DNA of 64,000 bases, from NCBI RefSeq assembly GCF_001194135.2, contig NC_068984.1, forward strand, positions 83,629,526-83,693,525, written 5' to 3'. The first letter of the stretch is position 1; the number at the start of each line of letters is the position of its first letter. The notes under the pieces were generated by a model. The model was not told the origin of the DNA, did no database searches, and was given only the letters and a program-made list of their open reading frames with translations. This DNA comes from Octopus bimaculoides. Its lineage: Eukaryota. Shown here one piece after another: positions 53,879-64,000 of this stretch. The position numbers were made by a program, and so were the translations under genes.

Positions 53879-55422
53879 GCTGTATTGAGGTGGAGGTGCA
53901 AAGACGGCATGATGGAAATAGGCATAGCATTATTGATCATATTCTTTCTAATCTTGACAAAAAAAAATGCAATTCAAAGGAAGCAGGCACATCAACCCAG
54001 TACTTGACTGGTATTTCATTTTATCCATTTTGAAAGGATGAAATGCAGTATAATTGTGGCGGAAGAGTATTATTGATGATATTGAAATAAGAAGCCTTCA
54101 TAAGAATGAAAATCACTTTTGTGAAGATGTGGTGTAGTGAAATAAAATTTTACCATATTATATCATTAATATTAATTGCGTAAGCACCATACGTATCAGG
54201 CCTTAATGTATTTGAATTCAAACACTTGGAATTAGGTGTTGTAAAAACAATCTTATTCAGCTCTCTGTAACCCCACACAAGCAAAACATGTTGTTGCTGT
54301 ATAGCTCAAGGACAACCCAGATCGTGTGGATCAAATGTATTCCAGCCGTGATCATTGTGGTTTTTAATGGTAGGTACGGTTACATGATTTAGTGGTGGGG
54401 GCGGTGGGGGGCGACGACGACGACGACGATGATGATGATGATGATGATGATGACAGGGAGTGATTTCAGAGAGATTTGTCTGCTACGTATTTCAAGCAGG
54501 TCGGGTGATCACAAAAACACTCTCATTTACTTCTGGAATTTGTTATGACTCTGTACATTTGAGTTCAAATCCCGTCGAATTCTGCCACGATATTCATCAT
54601 TCCAACGTCGACAAAACAAATAAATACAAGTCTTATCAAACAAGTACTGGTTGTAATCGACAATACCCTTGAAGGCAGAGTCCCAGAATGGCCGCAGTCC
54701 TATTACTGGAATCAACAAAATAATGTTTGGAAGGTGTTTTTGTGTGTTTCTTAAATGGCTTATAAACACCTTCCACGCTGCAATTGTTTTCATTCCAGCA
54801 CACGATCTCAGATCAGGTCACTTGCTATGCAAGTACATCCTCGTAAAATAATGTTTGTTTTCCTTTTATCATTTGTGTGTAATCTTAGCTGTCTTACACG
54901 TATCCATTTTTTAAATATCAATATACAAGGGACAGTTTTGATAACTAAGATAAAATCCACAACTTGTTATTTAACATGTTGTTGAATAAGTACATTTATC
55001 ACAAGAAACGTGACTTTGTGTATTATTATAAAACAAACGCGGATAATGAATGGTAAAACTGCAAATATTGTAATGCATCTAAAAGTGAAGCGTTAATGCT
55101 CTGCGCTAGCAGTATATGTTCCACAATTGATATATATGTATAAAATCAACTTGCTATCAGATTGAAAAACGTGACTAATACAAAGTATTTCACTTAAAGG
55201 TAGCTCCCAAGGTGACAATGACATAATCTTATCACGTAACATGAACTCACACATACATACATACATACATACATACATACATACATACATACATACATAC
55301 TACGTACGTACGTACATACATACATATGGAACATTAGAACGAATCATGTGACGCGAATATACTTACACGCGCGAAGAGACACATGTACGTACACACGCAC
55401 ACAGACAAACGCGCGCGCGCAA

Positions 55423-55459
<37 letters not shown>

Positions 55460-56399
55460 TGTACGTTGCGTATGTGTTTGTATAGGTAAAATAAAACGAA
55501 GATGAAAGAGGAGATAAATAAACAATATATGAAGATGAAAGAAGAGACAAATAAACAATATATGAAGTTAGACAAGTAAATCACGCCGTTGAAAACACGT
55601 AGGAAAATAAAACAGGACAACAGCAATCAAGGAGTGAGTATAATGAAAAAACTAAGCCAAATGAAAAGAAATAATAAAAATAATAATAATAATAATAATA
55701 ACAAGAACAAAAATAATAATAATCCTTTCTAATTTCGGCTCAATGCCAGCAATCTTAAGCAAGAGGTTTACTCGATCATATATGCCCTAGTATTCGACTG
55801 GTACTTAATTTATCGACCCCAATAGGATGAAAGGCAAAGTTGATGTAGACGGAATTTAAATTCAGATCTCATATCAAGATAAACAGTGCATCACCTTGCA
55901 GGTGGGACCCAGTTAGAAATTCCTTCAGGTCGAGTAGCCCATTTCGCTCAAAAAGTCCCAAATTAAGGGTTGTTTAAGGATGTTGAACGAAACACCCAAG
56001 TTTCAAGAGATGTATTATTCAAACGCCAAAAATTTCCTCCCAACATGTGGCTATGATGCTCCCCCACTACTTCTGTATGTGATCAGAGATGCACATATCA
56101 TCAACCACCAAGAGATATGCTCGACTGGTTATGGTCAAACAACTGACAAGCAAATCTGTAGTACTGAGCAGAATATTTGCTGTAGTCCACCTTTTATACG
56201 AAGACAAAACATGTACATGATAACACGTCCAGTCAGTTAAGATTCAGAAGCCATGAGAGCAAGTGCCTGGTACTGCATTGAGCACTGTGATCGACTGTCT
56301 CTCCCCACAAAATCCAGGCCTTGTGCCTATAATAGAAAGGATTATTATCATTATTATTATTATTAATATTTTTTTTCGGTAATAATTCAAAATACAAAC

Positions 56400-56540
56400 C
56401 ATTAATTTCTAGTTCATTCATGGCTTCCTCCAAATCCGATTCTGATGGATTCCATCCGATACAACGAAGAAATTCGCCAATGTCTAAAACCGACATCTTA
56501 TCTTTCCGACTTTTAAACAATTTGAAGGCTTCGTAGAGCT
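56400..56540 (-). CDS. Calmodulin-like EF-hand protein, internal coding exon (EF1 to start of EF2 loop)
   Basis: Acceptor tctctttctatcatcattgcag|AG and donor AATG|gtttgt. 141 nt, phase 1 to phase 1. Translates (E)LYEAFKLFKSRKDKMSVLDIGEFLRCIGWNPSESDLEEAMNELEIN(G), which aligns to calmodulin EFKEAFSLF...[24 protein letters not shown]. Confidence 0.9.
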
Positions 56541-57032
56541 CTGCAATGATGATAGAAAGAGAGAATATATAGAATATATAGAAACATTACATGAGGTAAT
56601 TAAGTAGTCCAAGTGGACAGTTTTTAAAATTGTCGGCATTCTAGCCGTGACCATCCTGTAATTTCGTCAGCTGTTGATTACATTATACAATGTGTCCTTA
56701 TACTTTTAAGGCAATAGGATGAAATTTGAGGGAGGTTTGGCTGCTATTTCTAACATGTTAAACGGTCGTGAGATGGTCCCCTCCACGAATAAACACATAA
56801 TACTTGGTTCCTTGGTATGATGGTTTGTTTCTTTTTCTCCTTCATATTTATCTGTACACAAATCCGTTGTATAAAATTACATTGACAGTATGATCAAATT
56901 TAAAGCGAAATCAATAAAGACAGACCGACAGGCAGATAGACAGACTTGCATTAAAAATGCATGAAGCGAAAATTTGTTTCTAAACGAATGCATGAAAGGT
57001 GAGAATGCGTCATGTAAGACTTCCATTTTTAC

Positions 57033-57046
57033 CAAATATCATGATT
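57033..57046 (-). CDS. Candidate first coding micro-exon of the calmodulin-like gene (M-I-F-E...)
   Basis: Pyrimidine tract ctctcttcgtccccacctccgttcctag, then aatcATGATATTTG, then gtaaaa. The phase-1 G joins AG of the 56540 exon to give Glu, for a 144-aa protein. The donor is only moderate and there is no transcript evidence. Confidence 0.35.
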
Positions 57047-57751
57047 CTAGGAACGGAGGTGGGGACGAAGAGAGGCGGTTTGCCACATTGTCTAAGAAGC
57101 AATTTGGAAATGACAAATTAATTAAGAATGACTGGTTTCTTTCTCATAACAATTACCAGACGTAGAGAAATCGGAGCTAACATAATTTATGAGATGAACC
57201 AGAAAAAGTTAATTGCTTAGAATTATACCCGTAGTAAAGGGAAAAAAATCACTTTCTTAATGTTTAATTCTGGTCAAAGACAGAGGCGAAAACTCCATAA
57301 TATAAATTAAAATTAAAATGCAATGGGAATGTGTCTGATCTTTCGTAATACGATGACAATTCCTGACACATTTCAGTCGTATTAGAGCTCATCAGAGCAA
57401 CATAATCTTACTGTTACTGCGTGAACTAAGCCAACAGAGATGCCATATGTTGAGGTTTAGAGCAGACTTTGTTGTTGGGATGAGTACTTGTGTATCACTC
57501 TATAGCTTCGTGGACTTCATTTTTGAAGCCCCGATTAACCTATAGGATTATACACAAGCATTCAATTATGATTGCATTGCACCTTATAGCAGAAAAAGCC
57601 GTAAGCTAATGAAATACATTACATAATTTTTTGTTCCTTTTTCATTTACTTAATTTCTTACTACTCTCTGTACTCGACTAATGCTTTTTTTATGAAGCAC
57701 ACATGTATATTGAGTCCTAATACCAAGTTATTAATATCGCTATGCCAAAGC

Positions 57752-57800
<49 letters not shown>

Positions 57801-58069
57801 TGGCAGCGGCGGTGGTGTGAGTGTATGTATATGAGCATGTCTGCGAAAGACAAAGAGAAACTGACAGACAGACGCTAACTTACATTCCATGCAGAGCTTT
57901 TCTACAGAATAGACACTTCACTGTACAAGACAGAGTGGGGGTACTAAATGTGGTGGGGTGGTGTGAAATATATTGTCCTGATGTCGAGTTAATCGATAGT
58001 GACTCAATTATGACACTGTTGCTAATAACAACAATGTCTTGGAATGAGGTAATTAGGTTTTAACAATAG

Positions 58070-58612
<543 letters not shown>

Positions 58613-58965
58613 CCAATCACGACAACAATAATGATAATAATCTTTGACACTTTATATAATTACAAGAACAAAATACAAATACGGAACAATGAGCAATGGC
58701 GGAATTTATATACATGAAGCAATAACAATAAAGAGACATTAATAAAAAGAAGACACTATATGGTAATAGCAATATGTTAATTATTTCTATCCAGTATTGC
58801 TTCAATGGCAACTAATGAGGAGAGTTAGAAAATAAATTACAAAAACATCTACAACAAACAATTATGGTCAGCACAAACGGGTGAACATCCTAACCTTTTG
58901 TTGACCGATAAATGTACCGTATATATACATATATACATATGTGTGGGTAGGTGAGTGGGTGTGCG

Positions 58966-59010
<45 letters not shown>

Positions 59011-59767
59011 ATATACATATATGTATGCGTGTTTGTGCATATAGCATGTGTATGTGTGAAGGCGCATGGCCTGAACGTGAGCACTAACGCAAGACATGGA
59101 CGTGGTTTCGATTCTCCGACCAGCAGTGAGTTGTGTTCTTGAGCGAAACACTTTATTTTACCGCGCTCCTTGCCACTCAGCTGTAAGGGAATAGCCCTGC
59201 GATGGACTGTCACCTAGCCAGAGGAGTGGCATCCCTCGAAATTTACAACAATGCAAGGAAGTGCATTGTGACTAGCGGTGTATAACAGCATCCAATAGTC
59301 TGATCGATACAATAATATAGTGATGTGTGTGTGTGCGTGCGTATGTGTATGTGTATGTGTGTGTGCGTGTATTGCAAGATCTATTTTAATATTTATACCC
59401 TTCATAACAGAGGCCTCTATGATGCTAATTCATTTCCATTTGTTCACAAAAATTTACATTTATTTTGAATTGTTCCACTTGTCCTGTTATACTTCGTTAT
59501 TTTTGCAAAAGCATACATATTACTTTTATAAGCTTATAAGTTTAAATACGTATGATGCTAAAAATCTTACTCCACTGATGATTGTTTACGTAGCATATGA
59601 AACTTTATAAGATCTCAAAGTCTGGCGTTGTATTCGATATCTTAATATCCGTGCATATGGATTATGTTATTTCCTGCTCATTTGCACATGTTTACTTGTA
59701 CATATAATAGATCTAAATACATGCATATATACACACATATATATACAATACATACACACACATACAT

Positions 59768-59837
59768 AAAATTTACTACAGCTGTTTCGGTAGAACTTTA
59801 TTGATGCCTTCAATTCATTATCTTCAGATTAAATTTT
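59768..59837 (-). ncRNA. Degenerate type-I hammerhead ribozyme motif
   Basis: AAAAUUUAAU-CUGAAGA-(32 nt, base of stem II unpaired)-GAAA-CAGCUG-UA^GUAAAUUUU. Same stem III palindrome as the 18547 motif; stem I has a bulge. Confidence 0.4.
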
Positions 59838-60736
59838 GAACATGTATAGGTATGCAAGGTAAAGTATTGATGATGATCTATTCAACAACCAACATGATAA
59901 ATTAGTGGTTCCTAACCAGTCCTGGCGTTCTACTCACCTAGAATCTAATGTGATTCAAGAGCACTGCTAACACAGTAGTACAGATATATTGATTTATAAA
60001 CGTTTAATATACTTTGTAGCATATCATGGTTGCATAACGAAATATCATGTCCCTATAAGTCATTAATATATATATNNNNNNNNNNNNNNNNNNNNNNNNN
60101 NNNNNNNNNNNNNNNNNNNNNNNNNNNNNNNNNNNNNNNNNNNNNNNNNNNNNNNNNNNNNNNNNNNNNNNNNNNNNNNNNNNNNNNNNNNNNNNNNNNN
60201 NNNNNNNNNNNNNNNNNNNNNNNNNNNNNNNNNNNNNNNNNNNNNNNNNNNNNNNNNNNNNNNNATATACATATATATATATATATTCATATACATACAT
60301 ACATACATACATACATACATACATACATACATACATACATACTGAGAGTCTCATCTTGCAGCGGCTCTACAATGAATGAAAGAAATTCATGTGTACTTTT
60401 GTATGAGTGCGGGCAAATGTATGCATGCGTATATATTTCATGTATATATGGACATGTTTGTGTGTGTATTTGTGCATGTGTATGTGCGTTCTTATAGTTT
60501 AGTTCTAGAGCAACCCTGGTCGAGTAGTCTAACCAAAGACGTACCAGTCATGATCATCCCGTCTTTTTATATATATATATGGGACTCTATTCCAAAAAGT
60601 CTTCTTTTTCTAAAGAGGATGTGCTGTAGTTTCAGCTTTATAAGGCTGTGTCTACATCTATCTACATAGACTATAACACTTAGTTCTCACAACAGGCACA
60701 CGTCTTGCTGACATACCAACGAAGAATTCTTTTCAT

Positions 60737-61097
60737 TAGAAGTTCTCAACCGGGGCGCATAGGATTTTTTGGAGTTCATGCACCAAAATAGTAAGTTGGG
60801 GATCCACAACAGTATTTCAAGGGTCCTTGAAAGAATTTTGCTTTATATGTGTTTTTTGCAAGAAACAATTAGGTTTCTCACTCTAGCGTTTTACATAGTT
60901 CAACGTGTTTCCAGCCATTGAAACGCGTTCTCTCAGAGAGTTTTATTGCAAACCTATACAAGTAAATGTGTGAAAAACAAAATAGGAATTTTGAAAGAAG
61001 TATTTATAAAACTTAAACATCGAATAGCTACGGGGGTCCACTACAATAAAATAGTAATCAAAAGTATTCATAGGTAAAAAATAGTAGAGAACCACTG
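60737..61097. mobile_element. Probable hAT-type MITE
   Basis: Ends tagaagttctcaacc and gtagagaaccactg resemble the CAGTGGTTCTCAACC-type TIR. An 8-bp target-site duplication is not evident. Confidence 0.5.
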
Positions 61098-61311
61098 TTC
61101 TATATAGTCGTTCGATATGCTAGAAATAGCAGCCAAATCTCCGTAAGTCGTGCCTGCAAGCTTTAATAAATGGGGGTGGGAAGCATGTTAGATAATGTAA
61201 AACTGGATTCCCTCAGCATAGGGGAAAAGGGATTGGTGACTGGAGATGTTTCGATCATAAGTCTATTCAATCAGATCTGACCTGGAGTTAAACGGCCACA
61301 ACAATAATGAC

Positions 61312-61620
61312 CTTTCTATTATAGGCACAAGGTCTGAAATTTGGGAGGAGGGGTTAGTCGATTACATCGATCCCAGTGTTTGACTGGTACTTATTTTATC
61401 AGCCCCGAAAGGATGAAAGGCAAAGTCAACCACAGCGGAAATTGAACTCAGGACGAAAGGACGGACGTAAGGACGGACGTAAGGACGGACGTAAGGACGG
61501 ACGTAAGGACGGACGTAAGGACGGACGTAAGGACGGACGTAAGGACGGACGTAAGGACGGACGAAATGCCGCTTAGCATTCCGTCCGATGTGCTAACGAT
61601 TCTGCCAGTACGCCGCTTTA
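61312..61620 (-). mobile_element. Family-A SINE with an internal 12-bp tandem expansion
   Basis: Complete tail, core and head, with (AAGGACGGACGT) x9 at 61457-61564. Confidence 0.9.
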
Positions 61621-62380
61621 ACAACAACAATGATAACAACACCAACATGTCTCAGTGACAATACTAGACTTCAGGCACTCACTTCACATTCACACTCACG
61701 TATGTGTACGTATTACAAGAATTATGTGCATATGTGCGTTCCTTTATGTATTAGTGAATATGTACAGTCCTATATGTATATGTGTGTGTGATTGTATATG
61801 AGCGTGCAAGAATGTATATGTCAGCTTTTAAGTGTGTGGGTGTGTTTGCATGTGTGCATATTTGTATCTCTCTCTATATGTAACTGTACATGTGCGGTCC
61901 TGTATCTGTGTGTATGATTACAAATGTGTATGTGCGTGTATGACTGTATCTGCATATTTCAATATATGTGTGTGTCCCTCTGTATGTTGTTGTCGTTTGT
62001 TGCTGCCGTTGTTTTACTTGGCCCTGCATCAATCCTCATTCAGCAGACATATAACCAAAGTATTCCAGTCGTGACGATCCCGACTTACATATTTAAAATT
62101 TACACTGTACCATGTGTCCTTACTGTTTTAAGAGTGTAGGATGTGATTTGAGGGAAAATTAGTGGCTATTAATGTAAGCCAAACAGGCCCGTGAACAAAA
62201 GCGTTCCAGCAATGACTATCTCATTTTTTATTCAAGTAAAGTATTTAACACTACATATCTTATAAGTAATTTCGCTTTCTTTTTTTATATAGCAAAGTAA
62301 GCTTTAAAGGTGATTTGGCTACCATTTCTAGCATGTCAGGTGATCGCTTAGAAGATTGTTGATAGATTATGACTTTATAT

Positions 62381-62417
<37 letters not shown>

Positions 62418-64000
62418 NNNNNNNNNNNNNNNNNNNNNNNNNNNNNNNNNNNNNNNNNNNNNNNNNNNNNNNNNNNNNNNNNNNNNNNNNNNNNNNNNNN
62501 NNNNNNNNNNNNNNNNNNNNNNNNNNNNNNNNNNNNNNNNNNNNNNNNNNNNNNNNNNNNNNNNNNNNNNNNNNNNNNNNNNNNNNNNNNNNNNNNNNNN
62601 NNNNNNNNNNNNNNNNNNNNNNNNNNNNNNNNNNNNNNNNNNNNNNNNNNNNNNNNNNNNNNNNNNNNNNNNNNNNNNNNNNNNNNNNNNNNNNNNNNNN
62701 NNNNNNNNNNNNNNNNNNNNNNNNNNNNNNNNNNNNNNNNNNNNNNNNNNNNNNNNNNNNNNNNNNNNNNNNNNNNNNNNNNNNNNNNNNNNNNNNNNNN
62801 NNNNNNNNNNNNNNNNNNNNNNNNNNNNNNNNNNNNNNNNNNNNNNNNNNNNNNNNNNNNNNNNNNNNNNNNNNNNNNNNNNNNNNNNNNNNNNNNNNNN
62901 NNNNNNNNNNNNNNNNNNNNNNNNNNNNNNNNNNNNNNNNNNNNNNNNNNNNNNNNNNNNNNNNNNNNNNNNNNNNNNNNNNNNNNNNNNNNNNNNNNNN
63001 NNNNNNNNNNNNNNNNNNNNNNNNNNNNNNNNNNNNNNNNNNNNNNNNNNNNNNNNNNNNNNNNNNNNNNNNNNNNNNNNNNNNNNNNNNNNNNNNNNNN
63101 NNNNNNNNNNNNNNNNNNNNNNNNNNNNNNNNNNNNNNNNNNNNNNNNGTGTGTGTGTGTGTGTGTGTGATTGTGTGTCTATGTTTGTCCCCCCAACATT
63201 GCTTGACAACCGATGCTGGTGTGTTTACGTCCCCGTAACTTAGTGGATCGGCAAAACAGACCGATAGAATAAGTACTAGGCTTACAAAGAATAAGTCCTG
63301 GGGTCGATTTGCTCGACTAAAGGCGGTGCTCCAGCATGGCCACAGTCAAATGACTGAAACAAGTAAAAGAGTAAAAGAGAAAGAGTATATGTGCATAAAT
63401 ATATATATTTGTGATCTGCATGTATGCATGCAAGCCTGCACCTATGCATATGCATATATACATATATGAACTTCTAGGCCGGTGTCCGATGCGCTATCAG
63501 GCCACTAAGACTAATTTTTAAAATATGTATCTAGGAGATTACTATGTTTTACAACCTACTAACATTGCTGAAGCAGATTCTTCGCCCTGGTTCTGACAAT
63601 GATCGTCATTACAGTATTGTGGTATTGTGCAGGCTATTATTGACTTACGTTTAAAACAATTTAACCAACAATTATTTTCTAATCCTCCCTTTCAGTCACA
63701 GTCGTCCAACAAGTGCACATGCTCTAATATATTTGTATAGATGGATGGATGGATGGGTGGATGGGTGGATGGATGCGTGTATGTATGCATGGATGGATGC
63801 ATACATGCATGTATGTATGTGTGCATGTGTCTATGTATACATGAATGCATATACGTGTATGTGCATGCATGCGTATGTGTATGTGTATGCATATATGTGT
63901 ATGCATTTACGTACATATCTGTAGATATATCTATGGGCCTGCATTATTGCTTACATGTCTGTGTGTGCGCCTGTGCACTCGCGTTTGTGCATGCGCGTGC

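Noticed and set aside
57360-57400. Minus-strand CTGATGA...GAAA...GUC
   Set aside because: Stem II does not pair, stem III is not palindromic, and stem I is only 2 bp; consistent with chance.
61457-61564. CRISPR-like array
   Set aside because: Contiguous 12-bp units with no spacers, inside a eukaryotic SINE. No CRISPR or cas features anywhere in the window.

Overview
Repeat-saturated, AT-rich animal DNA from a short-read scaffold (14 N-gaps, almost all bordered by microsatellites). The SINE families and microsatellite load suggest an octopus or other coleoid cephalopod; this is inference, not a database match. Only one host gene is supportable: a minus-strand calmodulin-like EF-hand gene. Its coding exons are 56400-56540, 42517-42768 and 41571-41602, with a candidate first micro-exon at 57033-57046. 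It keeps three calmodulin intron positions, but all four EF loops are degenerate. The rest is transposon debris: a maT/DD37D-type Tc1-mariner, a full-length mariner, other Tc1 and mariner remnants, hAT, a Helitron cluster, three R4/Dong-type LINE ends, two RTE remnants, an L1/Tx1 endonuclease remnant, a Penelope-like remnant, MITEs and many tRNA-derived SINEs. The most interesting signal is a set of minimal type-I hammerhead-ribozyme motifs with palindromic stem III (18547-18595 +, 49894-49938 -, 59768-59837 -). Two lie inside long fold-back elements. One is in the gene's large intron on the transcribed strand. The two best copies share an unusual unpaired purine before GAAA. Most ORF-track entries are microsatellite or gap artefacts.
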